From NCBI GenBank assembly GCA_965226495.1, contig OZ245365.1, forward strand, positions 1,056,001 to 1,120,000: DNA of 64,000 nucleotides, in the 5' to 3' direction. The notes under the pieces are model-generated. The model ran no database searches. It was not told the DNA's origin and saw nothing but the letters and a program-made list of their open reading frames with translations. The stretch is from Candidatus Marinacidobacterales bacterium (GTDB lineage Bacteria > Acidobacteriota > Vicinamibacteria > Marinacidobacterales > DATDRI01). Positions 28,136 through 39,093 of the stretch are shown in pieces. Both the position numbers and the translations under genes were made by a program. The stretch's first letter is position 1. Each line of letters begins with the position of its first letter.

Positions 28136-29283
28136 AGGGGTTCAGAACGAACAGCACAATTTGGGTCTCGCTGTTTGCCGCGGCATTGACACTGCCCGGC
28201 TGCGGTTCCGACCAGATCGTCGAGCGCGAGCCGGTGGTAAGACCTGTCAAAACGATGGTAGTGGGAGGGGGACAAGGTGAAAGTCTTTCCTTCCCGGGTA
28301 CCGTAAGACCTGTCAAAACGATGGTAGTGGGAGGGGGACAAGGTGAAAGTCTTTCCTTCCCGGGTACCGTTCAAGCTGCCGACCGGGCCGAGCTCTCGTT
28401 TCGCGTCGCGGGGCCGCTCGTCGAGCTCCCGGTGAACGAGGGCGACGAGGTTCGCCGAGGACAACTTCTGGCTCGCATCGATCCTCGCGATTTCGAGATT
28501 GCGCTGGCAGAATCACGAGCCGCTTTCGAGAAAGGCGAAGCCGATTACAATCGCTACAAGAACCTCTACGAACGGAATGCGGTGCCTCTGGCGGAACTAG
28601 AGCTTCGCCGGGCGCAGCGCGACGTTTCGGCGGCTGGGTTCGATCAGGCGCAGGCGAACCTTCGCGATACGAGGTTGTTGGCACCCTTCAGCGGCCGCGT
28701 GGGCCGGAAGTTCGTCGAGAACTTCGAAGACGTGGTCGCGAAGGAACGAATTCTCACGCTTCATGACATCAACCGGGTCGAGGCCGTCATCGATGTTCCC
28801 GAGTACGTGATGGCCACCTTCCGAGATCGTAGCGACCGGCGGTTCACCGCGAGCTTTACCTCCGCACCCGGAGTCGAGTTCGAACTCAGCTTCAAGGAGG
28901 CCGCCGCCGAGGCCGACATTCAGACCCAGACGTTCCGGGTGACGTTCTCGATGCCGCAACCCGAAGAGCTTCGTGTGCTCCCGGGGATGACCGCGGAAGT
29001 GAACGCCTACGTTGAAGCCCCCGTCGACGAGGCCGGCGGTCCTGCGGAGTTCCTCATCCCCGCCGAGGCGCTTTTCGCTTCCCCGGGCGGCGATCCTCAA
29101 GTGTGGGTGGTAGACACGGGCGATCTCACTGTTCACCAACGAGAGGTACGGGTGGGTCCGGTAACCGGAGAAAACTCCATCCGCGTCCTCGAGGGGTTGG
29201 AACGGGGAGAAACGATTGCAGTCGCGGCCGTGCACCAGCTACAAAATGGCTCAAAGATCCGGCTGATGGCGCGCCGCAATTAG
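28132..29283 (+). CDS. RND efflux periplasmic adaptor (MFP) lipoprotein
   Basis: LPGC lipobox, LSFRVAG, EGDEVRRGQLLARID, APFSG, PGMTAEV. Confidence 0.92.
   Translation: MKGFRTNSTIWVSLFAAALTLPGCGSDQIVEREPVVRPVKTMVVGGGQGESLSFPGTVRPVKTMVVGGGQGESLSFPGTVQAADRAELSFRVAGPLVELPVNEGDEVRRGQLLARIDPRDFEIALAESRAAFEKGEADYNRYKNLYERNAVPLAELELRRAQRDVSAAGFDQAQANLRDTRLLAPFSGRVGRKFVENFEDVVAKERILTLHDINRVEAVIDVPEYVMATFRDRSDRRFTASFTSAPGVEFELSFKEAAAEADIQTQTFRVTFSMPQPEELRVLPGMTAEVNAYVEAPVDEAGGPAEFLIPAEALFASPGGDPQVWVVDTGDLTVHQREVRVGPVTGENSIRVLEGLERGETIAVAAVHQLQNGSKIRLMARRN
28237..28368 (+). repeat. Exact 66-bp in-frame tandem duplication
   Basis: VRPVKTMVVGGGQGESLSFPGT encoded twice by identical DNA (28237-28302, 28303-28368). 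Confidence 0.92.
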
Positions 29284-29295
29284 CGGGGGACGCTG

Positions 29296-32200
29296 ATGCT
29301 TGCTAAGTTCGCCATAGAAAAGAGCGTTATCACGTGGACGTTCACGCTCGTACTTCTCGTCGCAGGTTGGATTTCGTTCCAAAACCTCGCGCGACTAGAA
29401 GACCCCGAGTTCACGATCAAGAACGCCATCATTACGACACCCTATCCCGGTGCCTCGGCGGTCGAAGTCGAACAGGAAGTCACCGACGTCATCGAGCGGG
29501 CCGTCCAGGAGCTCGGCCAGCTCCTTCGGGTCGAGTCGACTTCCTCCCGCGGCGTGTCCAGCGTCAAGGTCACTATCAAAGATCAGTACGACAAGAACGG
29601 GTTGCCTCAGGTGTGGGACGAGCTGCGAAGAAAGGTCAACGATTACCAGAGCCGGCTTCCACCCGGCGCTGGGCCGTCGACCGTCAATGACGACTTCGGC
29701 GATGTCTACGGCATCTACCTGGTACTGACCGGTCCGGGCTACTCCTACGCGGAGCTCAACGAGACCGCGAAACTTATGAGGCGCGATCTGCTACAGGCGG
29801 AAGATGTGAAGCGCATCGTCCTCTGGGGCGTGTGGCAAGAGGCCGTCTACGTCGAGATGTCACGACCGAAAATGGCGGCTCTCGGCATCTCGCAAGAAGA
29901 GATTTACAACAAACTCAGCGCCAAGAACCTTCCCGCTGATGCGGGAAGGGTGCGGTTGCCGCCCGAGTATATTCCCATCAACCCGACCGGAGAGTTCACC
30001 TCGGAACAGCAGTTCGGAGACCTCCTACTCACCACCCGCGAAGGAGGGCAGCAGGTTTTCCTTCGGGACGTCGCGACGATCCGGCGCGGCTACGTCGAGC
30101 CGCCGCGGAACATCGTGCGGTTCAACGGAGAACGAGGCATCGGTCTCGGCATCTCCACGGTGCAAGGAGGCAACGTGGTGGTGATGGGCCAGGCGATTGA
30201 AGACAAGCTCTACCAGCTCGAGACCCAAATTCCTCTCGGGATGAAGCTGAACGTCATGTCCCTGCAATCGCAATCGGTGACCGACTCCATCAACAGCTTT
30301 CTCGTCAACCTGGTCGAGGCGATCATCATCGTCCTGGTGGTGCTCTTTCTGTTCATGGGCGTGAAGAGTGGATTGATCATCGGCGGCATTCTCGTTCTTA
30401 CTATATTCGGGACGTTTCTCTTCATGGGCCTCTACGAGGTCACGCTGGAACGCATCTCACTCGGAGCACTGATCATCGCGCTCGGCATGCTGGTCGACAA
30501 TGCGATTGTGATCGTCGAGGGTATGAAGGTACGCATCGAGGCCGGCATGGAGCGTCTCAAGGCCGCTACGGAGGTTGTCAATCAAAACGCCATACCACTT
30601 CTCGGTGGCACCGCGGTGGCCATCACCGCTTTCGCCGCCATCGGAACGTCGGATGACAGTACGGGCGAGTATTGCCGATCGCTCTTCACCGTTATTCTGA
30701 TCTCACTTGGCTTGAGTTGGCTCACCGCCGTAACCGTTACACCGCTCGTCTCCTACTTGTTGTTCAAACCGAAGGAAGGTGGCGGCGGTGATGCGGAAGA
30801 CGCCTACAGCGGCGGGATGTTCCGGCTTTACAAAACCGGTCTCATGACGGCGATTCGCTTCCGCGGCGTGACTATGGCAATCGTTTTGGGTATCTTTGTC
30901 GCTTCTCTCGTCGGCTTTGGATCGGTGAAGCAGCTGTTCTTCCCAGACTCCACACGGCCGCAGTTCTTCGTCGAGTTCTATTTTCCCGAGGGAACCCACA
31001 TCTTCGATACCGAGAAGCGCATGGGGCGGGTCGAGGAATACCTGAAGGCTTTGGAAGGTGTGACCGACGTGACCACCGCGATTGGCGGAGGCGACCTGCG
31101 CTTCCTTCTAACCTACGAGCCGTTAGGCGCGTCGAGCGCCAACGCCAGTGTTTTCGCGTCGGTGGAGGAGTACGGGATGATCGCAGCGCTTGCCCCGCAG
31201 GTGCAGGCCGACATCGAGGAGCTCGTGCCCGAGGCGGTGGTGAACGTACGCCAATTCCGCCTGGGACCGGGCGAAGGCGGCCGGATTCAACTCCGTGTCA
31301 GCGGAACGGATCCGGCGCTGTTGCGCGAGATGTCCGAGAGGGTCAAGGACATCATCAAGGAAGAGGGTGGGCAAGGTGTTCGTGACGAATGGCGAGAGCA
31401 GGTCAAAGTGGTGCGGCCCCAGCTTGCCGAAGCCCAGGCACGGCAGCTCGGTATCGACCGACCGCAGCTCGCCCGGGCACTTCAAAGCGCCTTTGACGGC
31501 ACCCAGACCAGCGTCTATCGCGAGGGGGATGAGCTGTTGCCTATTGTTGCCCGCTCTCCCGAGTTCGAGCGCGACAACGTGGACAACATCCGGGCGCTCC
31601 AGATCTGGAGCGATGCCGCTGGCCAGATGGTTCCGATGCGTCAGGTGCTGACCGGGTTCGAGACCGTGTACGAGGACGCCAATATTTGGCGCCGCGACCG
31701 CCGGACCACGGTGCGAATCCATGCCGACGCGGCGCAGGAGCTTCCGAGTGAGCTCATGGTGCGGATCAAACCGCGGATCGAAGAGGCATTGAACGTGGAT
31801 CTGGACGCCTACTTCGGGCGCTCGCTCGGCGAGGATCCGTTTGCCAATCACACCGCGAGCACCATCCCCATCCGCTTTTCGGACCTGATCCCGATCAAGA
31901 ACTTGCCTGGTTACTACATGGCCTGGGGCGGTGAGGACGAGGATTCCGCGAAGGCGCTGAGCTATCTCGCGACCTCGTTCCCGATCTTCATCGCCATCAT
32001 GATCGTCATCGTGGTGGCCCTTTTCAACTCGGTCCGTGAGCCTCTCATCATTTGGCTGACCGTCCCACTCTCGATCATCGGCGTTACCTTTGGGCTTCTC
32101 ACATTCAGCCAGCCATTCGGGTTCATGGCTCTTCTCGGGCTCATGAGCCTGACCGGAATGCTCATCAAGAACGCCATCGTGTTGATGGACGAGATCAACT

Positions 32201-32454
32201 TGAATCGGAGTAAGGGGAAACGGCAGTTCTGGGCGGTTGTCGATGCCGGCGTTAGTCGCATGCGCCCGGTCATGATGGCGGCGGCGACGACCATTCTTGG
32301 CATGATTCCACTATTGACGGATGCGTTCTTTGTCGCGATGGCGGTGACGATCATGGTCGGATTGCTGGTGGCTACGGTATTGACGCTCGTCGTCGTACCG
32401 GTGCTCTATACGATCCTCTTCCGAGTGCCGTACGAGGGGGATACGCCAGCGTGA
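29296..32454 (+). CDS. RND efflux permease (AcrB/AcrD/AcrF family)
   Basis: 1052 aa, EDPEFTIK, GMLVDNAIVIVE, GMLIKNAIVL, RMRPVMM. Confidence 0.95.
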   Translation: MLAKFAIEKSVITWTFTLVLLVAGWISFQNLARLEDPEFTIKNAIITTPYPGASAVEVEQEVTDVIERAVQELGQLLRVESTSSRGVSSVKVTIKDQYDKNGLPQVWDELRRKVNDYQSRLPPGAGPSTVNDDFGDVYGIYLVLTGPGYSYAELNETAKLMRRDLLQAEDVKRIVLWGVWQEAVYVEMSRPKMAALGISQEEIYNKLSAKNLPADAGRVRLPPEYIPINPTGEFTSEQQFGDLLLTTREGGQQVFLRDVATIRRGYVEPPRNIVRFNGERGIGLGISTVQGGNVVVMGQAIEDKLYQLETQIPLGMKLNVMSLQSQSVTDSINSFLVNLVEAIIIVLVVLFLFMGVKSGLIIGGILVLTIFGTFLFMGLYEVTLERISLGALIIALGMLVDNAIVIVEGMKVRIEAGMERLKAATEVVNQNAIPLLGGTAVAITAFAAIGTSDDSTGEYCRSLFTVILISLGLSWLTAVTVTPLVSYLLFKPKEGGGGDAEDAYSGGMFRLYKTGLMTAIRFRGVTMAIVLGIFVASLVGFGSVKQLFFPDSTRPQFFVEFYFPEGTHIFDTEKRMGRVEEYLKALEGVTDVTTAIGGGDLRFLLTYEPLGASSANASVFASVEEYGMIAALAPQVQADIEELVPEAVVNVRQFRLGPGEGGRIQLRVSGTDPALLREMSERVKDIIKEEGGQGVRDEWREQVKVVRPQLAEAQARQLGIDRPQLARALQSAFDGTQTSVYREGDELLPIVARSPEFERDNVDNIRALQIWSDAAGQMVPMRQVLTGFETVYEDANIWRRDRRTTVRIHADAAQELPSELMVRIKPRIEEALNVDLDAYFGRSLGEDPFANHTASTIPIRFSDLIPIKNLPGYYMAWGGEDEDSAKALSYLATSFPIFIAIMIVIVVALFNSVREPLIIWLTVPLSIIGVTFGLLTFSQPFGFMALLGLMSLTGMLIKNAIVLMDEINLNRSKGKRQFWAVVDAGVSRMRPVMMAAATTILGMIPLLTDAFFVAMAVTIMVGLLVATVLTLVVVPVLYTILFRVPYEGDTPA

Positions 32455-32492
32455 GCGGCGCCTGACATGTTGACGGGTGGGAGGTGTAGCCC

Positions 32493-32900
32493 ATGAGAAA
32501 GAAAGTCTGGCTTGTCGCGATTGGTTGTGCCGCTATTTGTCTGGTGGGCAGTTTCACGTCGGCACAAGAACCGGTCCATTGGGACGTATTCGAGCAGATC
32601 CTCGACGAGGCGTTCGAACGATCCGAGGTCATGTCGAACGCCGGCTGGTTGACCGACGTCTACGGGCCGCGAAACTCGAAGTCGAGCGGCTACGTTGCGG
32701 CGTCGAAGTGGGCTCGCCAAAAACTAGAGGACTACCGGGCTCTCGAACGCCCGGTTGGAGCCGTTCGAGTTCGGTCGCGGTTGGGAGAACCTGTACTCGT
32801 CGTTCCACATGGTCGCTCCGACGTACATGCCCATCATCGGCTACCCCGCGGCTTGGTCGGCGGGCACCGAGGGGAAGATCCGACTGCAGGCGGCGTTCCT
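32493..32900 (+). pseudogene. M28-type peptidase N-terminal fragment, frameshifted
   Basis: Signal peptide, SEVM.NAGWLTDVYGPR..S.GY..A..WA, then EPFEFGRGWEN...PIIGYPAAWSAGTEG in another frame. Confidence 0.65.
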
Positions 32901-32959
32901 CCAGCGTCACTCCGCTGCGCGGGATCGCCGACGCTCGCGGGGCTCGGCGGGACCGATTC

Positions 32960-33204
32960 TCGCCGACCAGGTCGGCATCTCTGCCGCCCAATTGGCGGTC
33001 CTCTGGTGTAAGGACCAACCTGGGATTACGGCGCCCCTTCTGGGGACGAGAACGCTAGAGCATCTCGAGCACCTCCTGCCGGTCGCCGAAATGAAGCTGG
33101 ACGATGAGACGCGCGCCGCCTGTGATCGCTTGGTGCCACCGGGTAGCGTTGTCGCCAATTTCCACAATACCGCGTGCTGGATGAAGACCTCCGTGCCCGA
33201 ATGA
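32960..33204 (+). pseudogene. Aldo/keto reductase C-terminal fragment
   Basis: GISAAQLAVLWCKDQPGITAPLLGTRTLEHLEH.L. Confidence 0.7.
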
Positions 33205-33249
33205 GCCGCTCTCTCGGGCTGTTTCAATGAAAACCTTTGAGTTTAGAGG

Positions 33250-34572
33250 GTGATGGCAATGAGACTATGCAAAACCGCATTGTTCGTACTGATGCTCACA
33301 TCAGCTAGGCTAGGGTTTGCTCAAGAAGTCGCGCAAACTACCGTCTTAACCAATGTCACGGTGATCGACGCCACCGGGCAACCCCCCATTGAAAATGCCA
33401 CCGTCATTATCGAAGGCAATCGAATATCAGAAATACTCCAAACTCCTTATGCGGGCTCTCGCGCAGGCGAGAACACACGCGTCCTAGATCTAGGAGGCGG
33501 TTACGTTTTGCCTGGTCTGTGGAACAACCATTCTCACTTGGCCGACCTCCTACCGGACCCCAAGGGTCTGCTGGTCGATGAACCGCTCCTGCGTGCGACG
33601 ATACGGGCGGGCCGCAACGCCATGGACGCTTTGAAGGGCGGGTTCACATCCCTGAGGATGACGGGCGAACGCGACTTTGTCGACGTTGCGTGGAAGGAAG
33701 CCTTCGATGCAGGTGTTTTCGCAGGACCACGCATCGTTCCCTCTGGCAATCCCATTTCGGTTGGAGTCGATGATGACTGGTTGGTCGTCTCGGCGAGCGG
33801 TCCAGAGGAAATCCGACAGATAGTCAGGAGCCACGTCCAAAACGGTGCCGAAATCATCAAGATCATCGCCAGTCGGATGAACTCCCAGGAGATCTTCGCC
33901 GCCATCGACGAGGCTCACACACAAGGGGTTCCAATCACCGCCCATTCGGGGGGCGAAACGGCCCGCATAGCCGTCGTGCACGGGGTGGACGGCATAGAGC
34001 ATGGGAATCAATTGACCGATGAGACGATTCGCTTGATGGCCGAAAAGAATGTCTTCCTGGATCCCACGATCGTTTGCAACCTGAGCGCGGAATACATTGC
34101 CGAACGGGAACAACTCATAGAGGATGCAGGTTTCGCAGCCCCCGACGACGTGGTCGAGGGGAGGATCTTGGTGGCCTACGCCGATGAAAGATCTCCCGAG
34201 ATGGCTCGCAGTGCCCGTGTGGTTTTGAACAAAGCCTTCGAAGCCGGTGTCAAGATCATCACCGGAAGCGACTCCAATCCCATCGACGAGATTGGCATGT
34301 TGGAGATTGAACAGTTGGTATTTTCCGGCCTCAGCGAAATGGCCGCCATCATGGCGGCGACGAGAAACTCCGCGGAGATGGTTGGAAAACTGGACGATTT
34401 GGGAACCGTCGAAGCCGGCAAGCTGGCCGACCTCATTGTCCTCGAGAAGAACCCACTCGAGAACATCTCCAACCTTCGGACGTTGTCGATGGTCATCAAG
34501 GACGGCAAGCTCGTTAATCTCACGGAAGATGAAGGACAGACGAGTTTCTGGAAACTGTATTTCTTGGATTGA
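33250..34572 (+). CDS. Secreted amidohydrolase family protein
   Basis: Signal peptide, LPGLWNNHSH, IEHG, GSD, GTVEAGKLADLIVL..NPL. Confidence 0.88.
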   Translation: MMAMRLCKTALFVLMLTSARLGFAQEVAQTTVLTNVTVIDATGQPPIENATVIIEGNRISEILQTPYAGSRAGENTRVLDLGGGYVLPGLWNNHSHLADLLPDPKGLLVDEPLLRATIRAGRNAMDALKGGFTSLRMTGERDFVDVAWKEAFDAGVFAGPRIVPSGNPISVGVDDDWLVVSASGPEEIRQIVRSHVQNGAEIIKIIASRMNSQEIFAAIDEAHTQGVPITAHSGGETARIAVVHGVDGIEHGNQLTDETIRLMAEKNVFLDPTIVCNLSAEYIAEREQLIEDAGFAAPDDVVEGRILVAYADERSPEMARSARVVLNKAFEAGVKIITGSDSNPIDEIGMLEIEQLVFSGLSEMAAIMAATRNSAEMVGKLDDLGTVEAGKLADLIVLEKNPLENISNLRTLSMVIKDGKLVNLTEDEGQTSFWKLYFLD

Positions 34573-34654
34573 GGAAGACGCCGCGTCGCAGAATAAAAAC
34601 TCGTCCGGACGAGGTTTTCCATGTCGTGTGGACGCCGCTCGAAGGGGAAACGAA

Positions 34655-36136
34655 ATGAAATCGAGCTCTTTTCGGGCAGTCGCGAGCCTGTTGCTATTGT
34701 TATCGGTAGCGTTTGCGTTCCCTTTGAAGTGCTTGTTCGGGCAGGGGGCAGGAAGGAAGGTGGAGCAGAAATCGTTGCCCGAGGGTAAAGACGTTTTCGA
34801 TCTAACTCTCAGCGAAACGGCAGCTTTTTCGAGTTCAAAGAATTTCGAGTTAGTGGGTCATAGCTACTTCAAAGGCCCTTGGCTGACTCTGTTCGCACGA
34901 CAGAACGGCCTGGGGGCCGGCTTCAATACGCCGCGGATTCACGAGGGCATCGCCTTCTTGGGCGGCTACGATAGCCCGCCAACGCTCTTCGGAATTCTCA
35001 TCGCCGACGTGTCCAATCCGAAGAAAATGGAGGCGTTGAGCTTCATCCCGTGCAATCCGGGAACGCGTTGCAACTACATTCGACTGAACGCGAGTCGGCA
35101 GATCTTGGTAGCGACACAGGATACGCGGGCGACGAACCCCACCCAGCCACGCCCAGGCGAACCGGTCAGGGCTGGCATAAGCTTCCATGATGTTTCCGAT
35201 CCGCGGGACCCGCAGCCTTTGGCATTCTTCCAGACTCGAGAGAGTGGGAGGACGCACGGGTTCGAGATCGACGAAAGTTTTGTCTATGCCTGTGCGAATA
35301 CGCCGGACAGCAAAGTGGGCGCTCCCGGAGGAAACCAGGAGCTGCTCATCATCGACTATCGAGATTCGGCATCTCCCACGCTCGCCAGCTCATTACACAT
35401 CGCGGGGCAACATCAAGGGGAGGAGTTTGAAGAACCCGATCGGTTCAATCCTGACGGAACCGAACAGAAAGTCTGGTGCCACGAGGTAACGCTTCACAAG
35501 AAGCGACTCTACATCGCGTGGCGGGACGCAGGCCTTGTGATCGTGGATGTGAGTAACCCCTTCGAGCCAACGATTATCTCGAGGCTCGATTACGTGCCCC
35601 CCTTTAGTGGCGGTTCGATTGGAGCCGCTCACACGTCCGCTCCGGTCGTCACTGATCCGGACGAACATCCAAGCTTGCTCGTACTCACCGACGAGATCTT
35701 TGACTGCCCGCCTGGTTTTGGTCGCCTTGTCGATATCTCGGACTTGTCTAATCCGCAAGTAGTTTCGAGTTACCGTATTCCTCACGTAGACGACGACTTC
35801 AATTCAATGGAAGGAGAGTTTGAATGCCCGCCGGGTGAACAATCGGTTCACTTGCCGTGGTTCGACTTCCGTGCGCCGAGCCTTCTCTATCAAGCATGGT
35901 ATGACCAGGGCGTGCGGGTCTGGGATATCTCAAACCCATTCCTTCCGCGGGAAATCGGTTTTTATCTGTCGCCGCGCTACGCGGCTCCCGGTAGAGTTGA
36001 CCGGCACACTCGGGAGGTTTTTCAGGATCCCGATACCGAACTCCTCTACGTTACCGACGGAAGTGGCGGGGGGTTGACCGTACTGCGGTGGATCGGGCCG
36101 ATTCCCAAGGGCGATCTAATCCCGGCGGCACGCTAA
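34655..36136 (+). CDS. Secreted LVIVD-repeat protein
   Basis: Likely start ATG 34655 with signal peptide; repeats ADVSNP, HDVSDP, LVIVDVSNP, VDISDLSNP, WDISNP. Confidence 0.82.
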   Translation: MKSSSFRAVASLLLLLSVAFAFPLKCLFGQGAGRKVEQKSLPEGKDVFDLTLSETAAFSSSKNFELVGHSYFKGPWLTLFARQNGLGAGFNTPRIHEGIAFLGGYDSPPTLFGILIADVSNPKKMEALSFIPCNPGTRCNYIRLNASRQILVATQDTRATNPTQPRPGEPVRAGISFHDVSDPRDPQPLAFFQTRESGRTHGFEIDESFVYACANTPDSKVGAPGGNQELLIIDYRDSASPTLASSLHIAGQHQGEEFEEPDRFNPDGTEQKVWCHEVTLHKKRLYIAWRDAGLVIVDVSNPFEPTIISRLDYVPPFSGGSIGAAHTSAPVVTDPDEHPSLLVLTDEIFDCPPGFGRLVDISDLSNPQVVSSYRIPHVDDDFNSMEGEFECPPGEQSVHLPWFDFRAPSLLYQAWYDQGVRVWDISNPFLPREIGFYLSPRYAAPGRVDRHTREVFQDPDTELLYVTDGSGGGLTVLRWIGPIPKGDLIPAAR

Positions 36137-36331
36137 TTATTCAACCCGGAGGACTTTCCCCCCGGTACCTAACGCGTGCAAGATAGCCTCGATAAGCCAA
36201 CCCTAAGAAAACAAAACGGATAGACCCGCAGCTGGTCACCCGGCGTGCCGGCACGTCCCTTGCTACTGCTGCCCGTACGTCCGGCGAATTCCGTCTAGAT
36301 CCACCGATCGAAACCGTCACCAGGGAGGTTC

Positions 36332-37207
36332 GTGATGTCATGGCATCGTCCGCTTTCGGGAATAGCGAAGCACCTGAAGCTCGGAGTATTGCTCCTACTT
36401 GTCGCCACGGCACTGCATTGCAAGGGAGCTAACATCCAGGGGCCGGAGGACATGGAAGAGGAGGCGATGTCCTCTGAAGCTTCCGAACCTAGCACAGCGA
36501 GCTCGGACGTGGGCCCTTCTGAGCAGGGCGCCGTGGGATCGGTGGTTGGAACTGTCGAAGTGGACGGCAGACCCATGCCCGGTGTCGAGGTCGCGGCGAC
36601 GCCCGACCTCTTTGGTCCGAGAGGGGGTACTCCGGCTCGATCGACGATGACGGGGCCGGGAGGAGAGTTTGGTTTCTCCGATTTAGAATCAGGCGTATTC
36701 GCGATCGAGGCCGGGGCCACTATGCTCGACAGTCTCGAATGCACCGGAGGGACCGTGGTCGAGTTCGCGTTCGAGGGGCAGGTCAAAACGGTAAATATCA
36801 AGTGCCCAGGGCACTCTGGCACGTTCGCCGGCACGCTTCGTTTCAGCGGAGGGGATCGGACCCACGACCCCTTTGTCTTCAGTGCCGGAGACGGTCGTGA
36901 CGTAAAAGTTACGTACCGGATGGGCGGTTCCGTCGACACTCTTGTGATCCAAGGACCAGCCTTTGCTCCTTCCTCGCTACCTCGTTTGAGCGGGCCGATC
37001 GACGCTTCGGGTCGCTTCACGATCCGGGGAGAAGGGCCAATCGCTGGTCACAAGGGAGTCAGCGTCGTGGCGACGGGGAGATTTATTGGTGCTGCTTTAT
37101 TCCAGGAAGCGGTCCTCGAGATCGACAAGATCGTCGTGGGCGGAGCCGGGGAGCTCCCCAAGGGGACGCCGATTAACTACGAGTTCACCGCCGCAACTCA
37201 GGAGTGA
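36332..37207 (+). CDS. Putative lipoprotein with carboxypeptidase-regulatory-like domain
   Basis: Hydrophobic leader ending in Cys; VGTVEVDGRPMPGVEV...TGPGGEFGFSDLESG. Confidence 0.55.
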   Translation: MMSWHRPLSGIAKHLKLGVLLLLVATALHCKGANIQGPEDMEEEAMSSEASEPSTASSDVGPSEQGAVGSVVGTVEVDGRPMPGVEVAATPDLFGPRGGTPARSTMTGPGGEFGFSDLESGVFAIEAGATMLDSLECTGGTVVEFAFEGQVKTVNIKCPGHSGTFAGTLRFSGGDRTHDPFVFSAGDGRDVKVTYRMGGSVDTLVIQGPAFAPSSLPRLSGPIDASGRFTIRGEGPIAGHKGVSVVATGRFIGAALFQEAVLEIDKIVVGGAGELPKGTPINYEFTAATQE

Positions 37208-37282
37208 GTTTCTCAGAACCAAGCTGTTAGTTTCGTTCGGTGGCTTGACACGCCATCGCCGCTCGAGGGCAAAAACGCGGCG

Positions 37283-39082
37283 TCACCAGCCGCAAGTTCG
37301 TCCCTTGTTCTGATCCTCCAGCCACGCCATCAGGGGCGCGAAGTAGTCGATGATGGCGCTCGCATCCATTTCGCGTCCGCCCGTGAACTCCTCCATGGTG
37401 TCTTGCCAGGGCTGGGACGTTCCTTTCTCCAGCATGGCTGCCAATCGCTCACCGGCTTCCTGGCTGCCATAGATGGAGCACTCGTGGAGTGGACCTTGCT
37501 CGCCCGCAGCCTTGCAGGCGGCTCGGTGGAACTGGAACTGAAGTATGCGGGCAATGAAGTAGCGTGTGTAGGAGACGTTTGCCGGTATGTGGTACTTGGC
37601 GCCCGGATCGAAGTCGGCTTCAGTGCGCTCAATAGGAGGAGCAATGCCTTGATAACGCTCACGAAGCTCCCACCAGGACGCGTTGTAATGCTCAGGAGCG
37701 ATTTCGCCCGCGAATACCAGCCAACGCCATTGATCAATGAGTTTGCCAAACGGTAGGAATCCGATCTTGTCTAGAGCCAAGTTCATCTGCTGGTTGATCA
37801 CCGCCTCGCGGCTAGTCTCGACGCCATCTGTGAGGCCGACCTGGTGAAGGTAGGCCGGTGTCATCGATAGATTGATTGTGTCGCCGATACCCTCATGGAA
37901 TCCCGGATTGGCACTCGTTTGATAAAGCGCCGGCAGGTGGCCGTAGTGCAGGTAGTAATAGACGTGCCCCAGCTCGTGATGCACGGTCACCAGCTGGTCC
38001 GCAGTGGGTTCGATGCATTGCTTGATGCGCACGTCCTTGCCGGAATCCATGTTCCAGGCACTGGCGTGGCATACCACCTCGCGGTCTTGTGGTTTGGTGA
38101 GCATGGAGCGTTCCCAGAAAGACTCCGGAAGCTTGGGCATCCCTAAGGAGACGAAGAAGCCCTCCGCGAGCTCGGTCATGCGAATCGGATCGTAGCCCTG
38201 ATCGACGAGGGCTTTGCCGACATCTAGCTCGGCCACGCCGGGATAAGGCTCCACCAAGTCGTAGATGTTGGCCCACTCTTGCGCCCACATGTTTCCGAGG
38301 AGATGCGCGGGGATGGGTCCATCGGAAGGGACTTTGTCCTCTCCGTAATGCTCGCCGAGTCGCGCTCTGACGTAGCAGTGCAGCTGCTCGTACAGAGGCT
38401 CCACCTGGCTCCAAAGCCGCTCCGTTTCTTGCGCAAACTCATCGGGAGTCATGTCGTAGGCGGAACGCCACATCTGGCCGAGATCCCCAAAGCCAAGGTT
38501 TCGCGCGCCCTCGTTCGCCAGCTCCGCGAACCGCTTGTAGGCCGAACGCATGGGCGGTGAGACGGTCCGCCAGCCTCTCCAAGCGTCCAAGAGCTCGCCA
38601 TAATCACGGCTTTCAGCTAGTACTCGCTCGAGCTCAGGCAAATTCTTGCAGGTCTCCTCCCCGCCGGAACAGTACTTGCCTTCGCCGTAAGCGCCGGTGA
38701 GCTCCTGGTACAGGCTGGTGAGCTCCTCGCGATTTCTGGCATCCGCGGGCGCCGGGCGCCGCGTGTCCTGTAGCTTTAGCAGCTTGAGCGAACGTGCGAC
38801 GTCGGCCCCCAAGTCTTGGTCCAGGTAACGCCTCGATTCGGCTACCACTTGATTCTGATACTCGAGGAAGCGCTACTGTGCTTTAGCTGCGAGAATTGCG
38901 GTGTCCGGCGTTATATAGGTTGCGCGGACCCAAGCGGCGGCGGCCGCCTCTTTCTCGAGCTCCTCGAGCTCCCGATTGACGCGCGTGATGAACTCCTCGG
39001 CGGTCTCTTCGGTGGCCCGCGCCCCTTGACATGTCGCAACCAAGAACGCCAGCATGAGTAGCATCCGGTTCGTTGACATCAA
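37283..39082 (-). CDS. M2 family peptidyl-dipeptidase (ACE-like), split by a frameshift near 38850-38880
   Basis: AHLLGNMWAQ, VCHASAW, HHELGH, ANPGFHEGIGD, FDPGAKYHIP, YTRYF; N-terminal part in ORF 38873..39082. Confidence 0.88.
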
Positions 39083-39093
39083 ATCACCTTTCG

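Noticed and set aside
32755-33204. Novel peptidase-aldo/keto reductase fusion
   Set aside because: Both parts are small fragments lacking catalytic cores, joined by non-homologous sequence
34247-34654. N-terminal extension of the 629-aa ORF
   Set aside because: Overlaps the amidohydrolase in another frame; the signal peptide begins at ATG 34655
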